This document shows positions 1 through 44,900 of a stretch of 64,000 nucleotides of DNA, in pieces. The notes beneath the pieces were generated by a model. The model saw only the letters and a list, made by a program, of their open reading frames with translations, had not been told where the DNA came from and made no database searches. The stretch lies in assembly GCA_002269645.1 (NCBI GenBank), contig NIVC01000093.1, forward strand, positions 969,891 through 1,033,890, in the 5' to 3' direction. Each line of letters opens with the position of its first letter. The first letter of the stretch is position 1. The DNA is from Macrostomum lignano (taxonomy: Eukaryota). The position numbers and the translations under genes are program-made.

Positions 1-423
1 ACGCGCACCGTCTGGAGTTCGAATCGCCAGGTAAAGCAACTGCTCTTGCTTGCTAGCTAATTGTTTCTGTGCTTGTTTTTTATGCGATGTTGGGTGCTGC
101 TCTCTATGAATGTTTTGTTCTTTCTGTTGCGCAATATCCGGCAGTACATTGTACTTTTGAGCCGACAAAGGTCGTTCAGGCCGCGACTGGTCCAAGCTGG
201 ACCGTCGCCTCATCGGCTGAGCCAGCGGCAGAGGCGAGGTCGGGGCGGCTCTGGGCGACGGGTGGGACGGTTGAGGAACCCGCGATCTGGACGGCTTCTT
301 TGTCGCCGCAATGGGAATAATGCCGAAGCGATCGAACCTATTGGGAAGAGACTGCATCGCCAAGGCTGAGGTCCGACTGGCCCGTCCGCTTCGCAGCTGC
401 AAATCGCGGGAAGCGGCCGACAT
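1..423 (-). CDS. UBXN10: UBX domain-containing protein 10-like (5' part; CDS runs off the window edge)
   Basis: Not in the ORF track. Manual translation from ATG at 423 is open to position 1: MSAASRDLQLRSGRASRTSALAMQSLPNRF...PLSAQKYNVLPDIAQQ...KQEQLLYLAIRTPDGAR. KYNVLPDI and LLYLAIRTPDGAR resemble, from memory, the UBXN10 motifs KYPVLPSI and LLLAVRSPTGQR (start of the UBX domain). Confidence 0.72.
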   Translation of the reverse strand, partial: MSAASRDLQLRSGRASRTSALAMQSLPNRFDRFGIIPIAATKKPSRSRVPQPSHPSPRAAPTSPLPLAQPMRRRSSLDQSRPERPLSAQKYNVLPDIAQQKEQNIHREQHPTSHKKQAQKQLASKQEQLLYLAIRTPDGAR

Positions 424-544
424 TGCATCAAAAACTTTGTGACAATTTCTTCTGGGTCGCTTTTAAAAGCTCGAAACTTTACAAGCTGAAATATTATGTT
501 GTTGAAATCGCTTTCTAATTGTTGAGTCAGCAGAACTGACTCAG

Positions 545-1226
545 TTCAGGAGTCATTCTCTCAGGTGGTTCAGGCGTGATTCTATTAGGCGGTTCAGGTG
601 TGCTTTCTCAGTTTGTTCAGGATTCATTCTCTCGGGTGGTTTAGGGAGGATTCTCTCAGGTGGTTTAGGGGTGATTCTCTCAGGTGGTTCAGGGGTGACT
701 CTCTCAGGTGGTTCAGGATTCATTCTCTCAGGTGGTTCAGGGGTGATTCTCTCAGGTGGTTTAGGGGTGATTCTCTCAGGTGGTTCAGGGGTGACTCTCT
801 CAGGTGGTTCAGGATTCATTCTCTCAGGTGGTTCAGGGGTGATTCTCTCAGGTGGTTCAGGGGTGATTCTCTCAGGTGGTTTAGGGGGGTTCTCTCAGGC
901 GGTTCAATGGTGCTTCTCTCATGTGGTTCAGGGGTGATTCTCTCAGGTGGTTTAGGAGTCATTCTCTCAGGTGGTTTAGGAGTCATTCTCTCAGGTGGTT
1001 CAGGGTCATTCTCTCAGGTGGTTCAGGGGTCATTCTCTCAGGTGGTTCAGGGGTCATTCTCTCAGGTGGTTCAGGGGTGATTCTCTCAGGTGGTTTAGGA
1101 GTCATTCTCTCAGGTGGTTTAGGAGTCATTCTCTCAGGTGGTTCAGGGTCATTCTCTCAGGTGGTTCAGGGGTCATTCTCTCAGGTGGTTCAGGGGTCAT
1201 TCTCTCAGGTGGTTCAGGGGTGATTC
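545..1226. repeat. 24-bp minisatellite (ATTCTCTCAGGTGGTTCAGGGGTG), about 28 copies
   Basis: Direct tandem units visible; source of the PEPPER and GGSGVILS pseudo-ORFs. Confidence 0.95.
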
Positions 1227-1712
1227 ATGGATAATCTACTGCTGAAGGCTCTGCACTATTCCTAAGACACGGAGAGCTATACGGAGCTAAGCTGGGCTGT
1301 GAGTAAAAATTACAAATCAACAAGTAATTATAAATTACAGCCAGGAAACTACACAGGGTAACACATACTTTAGTTGAATAAAAAAAATTCATTTAACGTA
1401 ATTTATGGTTTATTTTAATTATTAAATTTTCGAAGCTAATTCATCACTGAGCGGATTTATCTACTAAAAGTAGAAAACTGGCACACAAGCAGAGTGATTA
1501 TAAGCAAGACATTTCAAAGTTAAATTTCATTTTATGTCCAATAATAAAGACAGCCCCGTCAGATAAAAACTTACGCATAAAAATGAAGCGAATCGTTTAT
1601 AGTAAAATAAAATTATTATTTTCAAATCAGGCTACTAACAGTAGTTAGCAACAAGCAGTCAGGTTGGAATTCCTATCGCTGTCAGGAAAAATTGTTAAAT
1701 TTTTTTGCGAAG

Positions 1713-4106
1713 TCAGTCCCGATTGGCTCGGCTGTTGCCGCCAGCAGCACCGCCAGCAGCCGCGGCGGGCCCGAGTGCCTGGCCCTCCCGTTTCACCAGG
1801 GTGAGCAGAGTCTGCGAGCTCTCCAGAATCTTACTGTAGGCAGCCTCAGTCTCAGCTATGGTCCGATCGTATTGAGCCCTGTGGGCGAGTTTCTTGCTCA
1901 GGCTTTCGTTCACTTTGGCCAACTCGTCGCTCAACAATTTGAGATCGCGCTGAAGTTTTGTCTTCTCGGCCTCCTCCTTGTCGATCTCTTTTTGTAGCAG
2001 GTCCCGTCTGGAGCACAGTTCCTCAATGCCTGAGATGGGTTCAATAAATTATTGTTAAACCACTTGACAACAGTCCAAGAACTTTCTAGGTATAATAACA
2101 AAATAAATGCCTCAATATGAACAAGTATTCGCAAGTATATCATCTATGATTACTATAAAATATATTGGGACATAATTACTTTCGACTAAAGCTCTTAGCT
2201 TCTTGTGTTGTTTAAAATGGCATCTAAACTGAAAAAATTTACCATAGTAAACATTTTTTGAGATTTGACTAAATCTAATTAACCTTTGTAGTTATTTTAT
2301 AGAAAAGAAATTCTATTGGTATACACTATGTATATCAAAGATTAGAAGCTTGATTAAAATGTAAAACTAATAGAATAAATAAATAGGATATGAACATGTC
2401 TATATTTCTTTTAAATTTTTAATTTGCAATAATTAAATTACTTTACTTACAGGGACTTTATGTTGATTGAAATATTTTTAAATGAAAATATATATAAAAA
2501 TTGTTTTCTAAATAGCTTTTGACTTTTTGGAATGGTTAAATGAAATAGTATTTGTGTACAAATATTTCAACATTTCTGACAAACATCATTAATTTTGAAA
2601 TGTGAACTTTAAAAATAAGATTTGCTTTTTAATCATTTTTTGATAATTTTATTTTTTAATTACAAACAAGAATTAACTATAAATAAGGAGCAAAACTTAT
2701 ATATGAGCAACTGTGTTTGTGTTGGACCTTATCTACCTGCATGAAGTTGACTAATTTTTGCAAATCTAGCTCATTCTAGTTCAATGAGTTTGTTAATTAG
2801 AAAAGGAACAATGAAGATATAGATATTAAAGACAATGCTGAAAAATATAAATAAGAAACAGGATCTAGATAGTCAAAGATGAAATATATACTAAAGGTAT
2901 ATTACAATATACTATGAGGGGCAACCCAAAAGTCCATTCAGTAACCTTATAGTAGTTCTAGAATCACACTGCTGTTGAACAACACTTGAATAACTGTGCT
3001 GAAAAGCTCATTCATGCAGTAACAGCAATGGCTTACATTTAGATTTTTTTAACTTAGGAAAAGATAAAAGTTGCAGGGACTTATAATAGTATCAGAAGAA
3101 TATAGGACCTCTATTAAATGTGACAGAGCAAGCAGTAGTCATAAAGTATGTTTTATTTAAGTTTTAGCTGAAAATGTATAGTTTATTTTTATTAAATTGA
3201 CAGCCGGTTTACAATCCAAAGGGGCAGTAGTTCTATAATGGTCAACTGCAATATATAATGAAGGGCCTTCAGTCTAGCATATAATAGATTGAGTTTGATT
3301 GGTTACAAGACCATGCTAGAGCCCATGCAGGAAAATGCAGCCAAAAATAGACAAAATTAATACACTTCAAAATAATTCATTTTGAGATACAATTAAAACA
3401 AACTTAAGTATTGATTACATTAGATTTATATATATCAAGTTAATTAATCAATATTACATTTAAAAAATCACAAATGTTATGCTCAAATAATTCAAAGTAT
3501 TTGAATGAATTTGACACCGTCACACTAGGTATAGCAATATTTCTCAGCTATAGTTCTCCAATAGCCCTATCAAATTTATAGCTATATGAGAATTTATATT
3601 GTCATGAAGCAGCATATGTGTTTTGTGTGCTTATCCCTTAAGTGAGCCTACAATTTGTAAACTGCTTGCTTAGTGAAGCAGTGGTGCAGCTAGGTGATGG
3701 CTCTGTATTTTGGTAAAGATGTGCTTGATCAACCCTGTGATTTTTTCAGGCTTTTGGCTAAGGGGGGCAACTACTTCCCACCACTAGTTGCACCACTGCA
3801 GTGAAAGCATGTTACTAAAATGACTTTGTGCATATATCAAATGTCTAATACAGAATAATAGAAACAGCCAGGGATAAAAAAGGTAACAAAAATTATGGAA
3901 TAGATTCTTACTGCTTATTAAATATTAGACTTTTATGTAAACCATACATGCATGATGCATATATTACTTTTTTGCTAATGACTATATCTCAACTAACAAA
4001 ATACGATCAAACACACAGTATGGCCTTATTAAAGTTCAGTCTAGTATCACTTACATTTAACAAGCTCGTTGTTATACCCCTGAAGCGCAGCGCCTTGTTG
4101 TGTCAT
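1713..4106 (-). CDS. SSNA1: Sjogren syndrome nuclear autoantigen 1 / DIP13 homologue, 122 aa, 2 exons: complement(join(1713..2029,4055..4106))
   Basis: Exon 1 [17 protein letters not shown], phase-1 GTAAGT donor; AG acceptor at 2031-2030; exon 2 [76 protein letters not shown]. Closely matches the SSNA1 family sequence. Confidence 0.95.
3679..3798. mobile_element. 120-bp hAT-like MITE in the SSNA1 intron
   Basis: 15-bp TIRs CAGTGGTGCAGCTAG / CTAGTTGCACCACTG (1 mismatch); flanking 8-mers TAGTGAAG / CAGTGAAA match 6 of 8, like a decayed 8-bp TSD. Confidence 0.7.
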
Positions 4107-4831
4107 TTTCCGCTGAATATTAGTAAAAATTCAGATTTTTTAGGTTAGGTTACAGATAAGTCAAAGGCTTTAAAGTCAAATTATTGAAGTAAAATAGTAA
4201 ACAATGATATTAAATACTCAAATAAGCAAAAACTAGAGTAAATACTCAACAGTCTAGCTAAGTGAATGACTATTTCGTACGGTTATAGTTTTAAGTTTCA
4301 ACTACTAACTTTCTGAAGGGAATCTCATCCAAATCGAAATATTCAAAGACAAATATATTTGCCGACGCTATTTTTTTACTAATAAAAGTGCCCAATCCTT
4401 AATTTTTTTAACGATAAAAACATTATGTACAAGAAAAACTTTAGTCAGTTGTTTTCTTGGCTAAAATATCTGTCGTTATAGCATACATTGTTTTACTTGT
4501 TGCTCCTATGTAAAGAGTAAAGCGCACTGTTTAACTTTATGATTTTCGTACCATTATTTTTTGGTCGATTCATAAATGGCTTCAAAGAGGATTCAGTTGC
4601 AGCAAACTCATTAGTCAATAAATCAAAGCTACAAAAATTTTATGAGCCTTAGGTTTCTAACCGTGTGGTGCATCAAACATACAGAATCATAAATTTGGCA
4701 TATTTTAATTTATCAGCCTTTGAAAACTCGCTTTTTTGCTGGCTGAGTCTGCTAAAAAGTCTAAATTTGTGTGGATTTACTTTTTACTCTATCTGGATGC
4801 GTAAATTGAGAATCAGAGCAATACATGAAGC

Positions 4832-5061
4832 CAGTGGCGGCGCACGCGGGGCAGAGGGGGCTGCTCCCCCCGGGTGACCACCCTCCCATCCGCCATCCCT
4901 CGTGGAGTGACCCCCATAAATGTTTAGTACTAGCTCGTTATGTTTTTGTGAGATTTTCGCGTAATGTGCTGTATGCTCTAATTCTAAAAATTCGCTGGGG
5001 GAGGGAGTGACCACCCCACCACCGCCCCCCTCCCCTAATCGGAGGTGCTGCGCCGTCACTG
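4832..5061. mobile_element. 230-bp MITE-like element with CAGTGG termini between SSNA1 and DNHD1
   Basis: 13-bp TIRs CAGTGGCGGCGCA / TGCGCCGTCACTG (1 mismatch), GC-rich subterminal sequence in an AT-rich background; no clear TSD. Confidence 0.6.
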
Positions 5062-5600
5062 CTTATAAAGACATTTATTTTATTAGTTAATTCAAAATAT
5101 GTTGTTAACTTTCTGTCTCAGTCATAGGGTAAGGATGCTTAGTGAAGTTCTTAGGCCAGCAAGTATTGAATATAATGTGTGCTACGATGGAGTACTTATA
5201 TCGTATCTGACAGCAAGTCCACAGCTTAAAGCAGCATTTATTAATGCAATGTAAAAAATATATTAAAAATATATTGATATGACAAAAGATAAGGTCTGTA
5301 TCTTGATGGTCGACTCATATTTGGCATTAGTCTTTTAATAATTTATAATAATAATTAATTCAAAAATCACCGTGAAAAAAATTTAGTTATAGCTGTACTG
5401 TTGTAATACTCCTGTAATCTTGTGTTGCTTAATGAGCTAAAATTATAGGGTATTTAAACTAATTAATTTTTTCTTCTTTTTGTCAATTCGTCAATTTTAT
5501 TTTCGTTTATTCAGTTCGAAAAGGTGTGAACCGCTATAAACATTGCATGAATAGAAGCATTGCAAAGTTGTAAGCAGCTTAACTTTAAAGTTGTTACAGA

Positions 5601-37984
<32,384 letters not shown>

Positions 37985-37986
<2 letters not shown>

Positions 37987-37990
37987 TAAA
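37985..37990 (+). terminator. AATAAA polyadenylation signal overlapping the DNHD1 stop codon
   Basis: CTC TAA TAAA at 37981-37990. Confidence 0.5.
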
Positions 37991-38329
37991 TATGCACCAA
38001 TCGACCAATCAAGTTTGTGGCGAACTTCTCTATGCTTATCTGTAGTTAACTGTAGCCTTTGTAACTAAGTAAGCTGTGACTCATTGACCACCTGTGAGCT
38101 AAAAGCATGTTGTGATTTTTTACTCCTTGATGATGAAGATGCTAAGAACCGTTTTAATAGCGGTCAATGTTGTTTCGATTCTACAAAATTAAATACATAT
38201 CGGAGCTGGAATTGTCTCCATTCTTTTATTCAATAAATACGAGTACCCCAGATCAGGCGAGCTGCCGCGCCTTTTGATTTTCAAAGCAAGTGTTTCTGCT
38301 GAATCAGACTTGTTGATTTCTTTTTACGG

Positions 38330-38335
38330 CCTGCC

Positions 38336-38370
<35 letters not shown>

Positions 38371-38387
38371 ATGTATGTCTGCCTGTG

Positions 38388-38430
<43 letters not shown>

Positions 38431-38467
38431 ATGTCTGTCTGTCTGTCTGTCTGTCTGTCTGCCTGCC

Positions 38468-38551
<84 letters not shown>

Positions 38552-38552
38552 C

Positions 38553-38634
<82 letters not shown>

Positions 38635-38651
38635 ATGTATGTCTGCCTGTG

Positions 38652-38690
<39 letters not shown>

Positions 38691-38691
38691 A

Positions 38692-38724
<33 letters not shown>

Positions 38725-38727
38725 GCC

Positions 38728-38815
<88 letters not shown>

Positions 38816-38816
38816 C

Positions 38817-38914
<98 letters not shown>

Positions 38915-38960
38915 ATGTATGTCTGCCTGTGTGTCTGTCTGTCTGTCTGTCTGTCTCTCC

Positions 38961-39016
<56 letters not shown>

Positions 39017-39035
39017 GTCTGTCTGTCTGTCTTAG

Positions 39036-39084
<49 letters not shown>

Positions 39085-39088
39085 TAGC

Positions 39089-39120
<32 letters not shown>

Positions 39121-39135
39121 GTGTGTCTGTCTGTG

Positions 39136-39186
<51 letters not shown>

Positions 39187-39203
39187 GTGTCTGTCTGTCT
39201 GCC

Positions 39204-39286
<83 letters not shown>

Positions 39287-39291
39287 GTGTG

Positions 39292-39390
<99 letters not shown>

Positions 39391-39491
39391 GTCTGCCTGC
39401 CTGTGTGTCTGTCTGTCTGTCTGTCTGTCTGTGTGTCTCTATCTGTCTGCCTGTCTGTCTGTGTGTCTATGTCTGTCTGTCTGTTTATCTA

Positions 39492-39552
<61 letters not shown>

Positions 39553-39728
39553 GTCTGCCTGCCTGTCTGTCTGTGTGTCTATGTCTGTCTGTCTGTTTAT
39601 CTATCTGTCTGTCTGTCTGTCTGTCTGTGTGTCTCTGTCTGTCTGTCTGTCTCTGTCTGTCTTAGTGTCTCTGTCTGTCTTAGTGTCTCTGTCTGTCTGT
39701 CTGTCTCTGCTCTGTCTGCCTGCCTGTG

Positions 39729-39775
<47 letters not shown>

Positions 39776-39812
39776 ATGTCTGTCTGTCTGTCTGTCTGTC
39801 TGTCTGCCTGCC

Positions 39813-39873
<61 letters not shown>

Positions 39874-39876
39874 GCC

Positions 39877-39933
<57 letters not shown>

Positions 39934-39940
39934 GCCTGCC

Positions 39941-39997
<57 letters not shown>

Positions 39998-40045
39998 GCC
40001 TGCCTGTCTGTCTGTCTGTCTGTCTGCCTGTCTGTCTGTCTGTTT

Positions 40046-40088
<43 letters not shown>

Positions 40089-40182
40089 GCCTGCCTGTCT
40101 GTCTGTTTTTTGTCTGTCTGTCTGTCTGTCTGTATGTCTGTCTGTCTGTCTGTCTGTCTGTCTGCCTGCCTGCCTGCCTGCC
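38330..40182. repeat. 1.85-kb (TCTG)n compound microsatellite, intergenic
   Basis: Visible run with TGCC/TATG/TGTG variants; source of the 633-aa CLSV pseudo-ORF. Confidence 0.97.
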
Positions 40183-40553
40183 TTTGTCAGTTATCTGTGC
40201 ATTCATAATTGCGTTATTCTCACAGAGAGCACCGCGGCAATTAACTAATTCTACATGCAATTATATAAATTTTTAAATTTTCCAAGCTTTTGTAATGAGC
40301 CGTGCTACATGAATGTACTAAAAGAAATAATAATACTAAGCTAAAGACACTCAAAAGTCCCTGTTCTCGCACACCGAGACCAACTGTCTATGGCTAAAAT
40401 CTCAGGACCCGAATTCGCAATTCTCGAGAGGTTTAAGGAGCTGGGCGGGGCCCTCAGCTGCTTAAGAGACAGATCTGCCTTTCGCTCTCTTACTCGGTGG
40501 TTTCTGCCTACTCGAGTCCAAGTTTCGGCAAACTGACACAGTGGAAAAGCACC

Positions 40554-41021
40554 ATGCAGGCGATTCAATTAATAATTATTGCAAGCTTGCTGCTTAGCAT
40601 GACCTCCATGGTTGCCGAGGCATGCCTGCCGCTCATCATCCCGGCGGTTGCCATGGCAGCTTCGGGCATTGGCGTCTTCGCCGCCGGCAGAAACGTCGGC
40701 TCCAAAAAGAACAAAGGTCACCCGCCGACAAAGAACATGGGCTGCTTCGCTGACAGTCCGAACAAGCGCGACATGAACGAGCTGGTGCACCAGAGCGGCA
40801 ACATGACGCAGGTGCTGTGCACGGACTTCTGCCGCCAGGCCAGCACCACCTACATGGGCCTGCAGAACGGCGACCAGTGCTACTGTGCCAACGAATACGG
40901 CAATTTCGCCGAAATTCCGACGTCGAAATGCGACAAACCGTGCGCCGGAAATCCCAAGGAGAACTGCGGAGGCTACCTGTCCAACTATGTAATTAAATTG
41001 GCGCCACTGGAAACTAGCTGA
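40554..41021 (+). CDS. Small secreted WSC-domain protein, 155 aa, apparently intronless
   Basis: Signal-peptide-like MQAIQLIIIASLLLSMTSMVAEA; WSC pattern GCFAD...MTQVLCTDFC...YMGLQNGDQCYC...CDKPCAGNPKENCGG; AATAAA near 41147. Confidence 0.88.
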   Translation: MQAIQLIIIASLLLSMTSMVAEACLPLIIPAVAMAASGIGVFAAGRNVGSKKNKGHPPTKNMGCFADSPNKRDMNELVHQSGNMTQVLCTDFCRQASTTYMGLQNGDQCYCANEYGNFAEIPTSKCDKPCAGNPKENCGGYLSNYVIKLAPLETS

Positions 41022-41384
41022 ACAAAAATTATTTCCAAGAAAGCCAACTACTGTGTAACTACTGACTACTACTAAATAGTACTATATGAGGTTTTTTAGT
41101 GTCGCCTTCCTGTCTAGTTCAAGAAATTCAGTTTTGTCGAACGAGTAATAAACAAAAAATTATTCTTAGCCTCAGAAGTTTGAACCCAACCCATCCTTAC
41201 TTTTTTATTATTAAATATATTTATAAACTGACTTGTTTAGCAACCATCTCTTCAGTTACTCTTTCTTGCTCAGTGTAGCATACAAAATGCGTTATTTGCC
41301 TCTTGAATAAGATTTATTGGCTCTGAAGGCTCAAAAATTGTGAAGTTTGTACTTTTACGTGCGCAATTTTCAGTGTTTCCGGGT

Positions 41385-41570
41385 GTCCATAGCAACAAAC
41401 TTAGTGCCCCTAGCAACAAACTTAATGCCCCTAGCAAAAAGCCTGGAGCCCCAAGTAATCGACCTGGAGGCCCTAGCAACAAACTTGGAAAGCATAGCAG
41501 CAACCATGGCGTCCCTAGCAACAAGACGAGGCGTATCAAAAGCATCAAACCTTCAAGCCCTAGCAAAAAC
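41385..41570 (+). repeat. Diverged 21-bp (7-codon) repeat, possibly coding (APSNKL.)
   Basis: Units such as AACAAACTTAGTGCCCCTAGC; frame kept open in ORF 41340-41630. Confidence 0.55.
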
Positions 41571-41922
41571 ACTTTCATCGCAGAATGCATCAGCGAGATA
41601 GGGAAGAAAAACGTTTTTTTGTGCTCATAAAAAGTGTATTTATTGCTAGATTACAAATAGCTACACATGCATGCCAGCTCACAAAAACTCCTTTTCAATA
41701 TCGGAGTCCCTTAAAAACAGTAGCGTTGTGTCAGGATTCATTGCGCGGTGCCAAGTTATAACGCGCTCTAGTTAAATAATTCAGATAGCTATTGGCGGAC
41801 AATGACCAATTAAAAGCTAGGTGCTGAACTGCCACTTAAAATTTCGAATTCAATCGTTAATATTGTCTACTAGGCAGTCTAGATAATTTTAGAAAGAGTT
41901 TAACAACCCGCAGGCTGCAGGT

Positions 41923-44900
41923 TCACCCTTGTTTGAGCACCGGCTTCAGTAAAATCTCGAACGGGCACTTAACAAACAGTTGCCCGGCCTCAACCTTGCA
42001 CTCGAATGTTTCTTGCTGAAATTCGAGAGAAGTTAAACAAAAACTGGGGTAGATTTTGAAGTCAGCTGATTAGAGCCGGAGGAATGAGGTGGCTGTCAGC
42101 TGATAAGAGCCGGAGGAATGAGGTGGCTGTCAGCTGATAAGAGCCGGAGGAATGGGGTGGCTGTCAGCTGATAAGAGCCGGAGGAATGAGGTGGCTGTCA
42201 GCTGATAAGAGCCGGAGGAATGGGGTGGCTGTCAGCTGATAAGAGCCGGAGGAATGAGGTGGCTGTCAGCTGATAAGAGCCGGAGGAATGGGGTGGCTGT
42301 CAGCTGATAAGAGCCGGAGGAATGGGGTGGCTGTCAGCTGATAAGAGCCGGAGGAATGGGGTGGCTGTCAGCTGATAAGAGCCGGAGGAATGGGGTGGCT
42401 GTCAGCTGATAAGAGCCAGAGGAATGGGGTGGCTGTCAGCTGATAAGAGCCGGAGGAATGAGGTGGCTGTCAGCTGATAAGAGCCGGAGGAATGGGGTGG
42501 CTGTCAGCTGATAAGAGCCGGAGGAATGGGGTGGCTGTCAGCTGATAAGAGCCGGAGGAGTGAGGTGGCTGTCAGCTGATAAGAGCCGGAGGAATGGGGT
42601 GGCTGTCAGCTGATAAGAGCCAGAGGAATGAGGTGGCTGTTAGCTGATCAGAGCCGGAGGAGTGAGGTGGCTGTCAGTTGATAAGAGCCGGAGGAATGAG
42701 GTGGCTGTCAGTTGATAAGAGCCAGAGGAATGAGGTGGCTGTCAGTTGATAAGAGCCGAAGATGTTGATCAGGAATGTAGGAAAATTTTAGAAATTGTCA
42801 AAGTGAACCACTCATGCTACTAACCTGCAGACCGTAAGTAGTTGAGCCGTCTTGCAGGCAGATAGCGTAGCCGTGCCATGGGCACACGATGGAGCACTTG
42901 CCTCTGTACTCTTCGATGTATCCGTGGAACAGAGGGCCGCCTGTGTAAAAAATAGGAATTTTATCCGAGCAAAAGGGTGACAGCATTTCGATCGAGTGGA
43001 TTAGGTTTAAGAAGACTTATCTCCTAGTAGGATCTAAAGATTTATGGGAAGCCAAATACTCTGTGAGTTGATCCTTTCTGCTATTCATGAGAAAGTTTTT
43101 CCATTAAGGATATTGGCGTTGCAAGTTTACAGTGACCCGCCGCCACGTGACTCTTGAGCTAGAATCGGAGAAAAAAATTTCCATGCTGCTATACTGATCT
43201 TGTGACACACGATGTGACTCAATATGTGACACAGGATGTGACACAGGATGTGACACAGGATGTGAATCAATATGTGAAACAGGATGTGACTCAATATGTG
43301 ACACAGGATGTGAATCAATATGTGACACAGGATGTGACTCAATATTTGACACAGGGTGTGACTCAATATGTGACACACGATGTGAATCAATATGTGACAC
43401 AGGATGTGACTCAATATGTGACACAGGATGTGAATCAATATGTGGCACAGGATGTGAATCAATATGTGAAACAGGATGTGACTCAATATGTGACACAGGA
43501 TGTGAATCAATATGTGACACAGGATGTGACTCAATATTTGACACAGGATGTGAATCAATATGTGGCACAGGATGTGAATCAATATGTGAAACAGGATGTG
43601 ACTCAATATGTGACACAGGATGTGAATCAATATGTGACACAGGATGTGACTCAATATGTGACACAGGATGTGAATCAATATGTGACACAGGATGTGAATC
43701 AATATGTGACACAGGATGCGACTCAATATGTGACACAGGATGTGACTCAATATGTGACACAGGATGTGACTCAATATGTGACACAGGATGTGACTCAATA
43801 TGTGACACAGGATGTGACTCAATATGTGACACAGGATGTGACTCAATATGTGACACAGGATGTGACTCAATATGTGACACAGGATGTGACTCAATATGTG
43901 ACACAGGATGTGACTCAATATGTGACACAGGATGTGACTCAATATGTGACACAGGATGTGACTCAATATGTGACACAGGATGTGACTTAATATATGACAT
44001 AAAATGATGCATGTGACCTAATACGTGACACAGGTTTTGACACATGATGAGACTCAAAATGCAACACATATGACTCAATATGTGACACAGGATGAGACAT
44101 GATATGTGACATACGATATGGCACAATACACAACACAAAAGTACGCAATGCACCAACTCTGATGAGGGCACCAGGCGTTCATAGCGTAGAAATTGTTCTT
44201 GTAGTGCACCAGCACCAAATCGTTCGCCGTCTCCTTGGTGTACAGCCGTCTGCAGCGTGTCGCTGCCAGCTCATGGACAGGGCCGACCTTCTGCCAGAGT
44301 GTTGAGTCTTCGCCACCTGTTTTTGCGTTTCATAGACAATTTGTTGGGGTTTTAATTGTGCTCTCTGCCGGGTCTGTGTAGCATCTGATCTGCTAGAACA
44401 GTCAGTTGATCTGCTAGAACAGTCAGCTGATCTACTAGAACAGTCAGCTGATCTACTAGAACAGTCAGCTGATCTACTAGAACAGTCAGCTGATCTACTA
44501 GAACAGTCAGCTGATCTGCTAGAACAGTCAGCTGATCTACTAGAACAGTCAGCTGATCTACTAGAACAGTCAGCTGATCTACTAGAACAGTCAGCTGATC
44601 TACTAGAACAGTCAGCTGATCTACTAGAACAGTCAGCTGATCTGCTAGAACAGTCAGCTGATCTACTAGAACAGTCAGCTGATCTACTAGAACAGTCAGC
44701 TGATCTACTAGAACAGTCAGCTGATCTACTAGAACAGTCAGCTGATCTGCTAGAACAGTCAGCTGATCTACTAGAACAGTCAGCTGATCTACTAGAACAG
44801 TCAGCTGATCTACTAGAACAGTCAGCTGATCTACTAGAACAGTCAGCTGATCTACTAGAACAGTCAGCTGATCTACTAGAACAGTCAGCTGATCTACTAG

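Noticed and set aside
38274-40276. Long CLSV-repeat ORFs (up to 633 aa), also 31182-31936
   Set aside because: Translations of (TCTG)n, which lacks stops in these frames.
40497-40553. Upstream GTG start of the WSC ORF
   Set aside because: ATG at 40554 directly precedes a signal-peptide-like segment and is the more plausible start.
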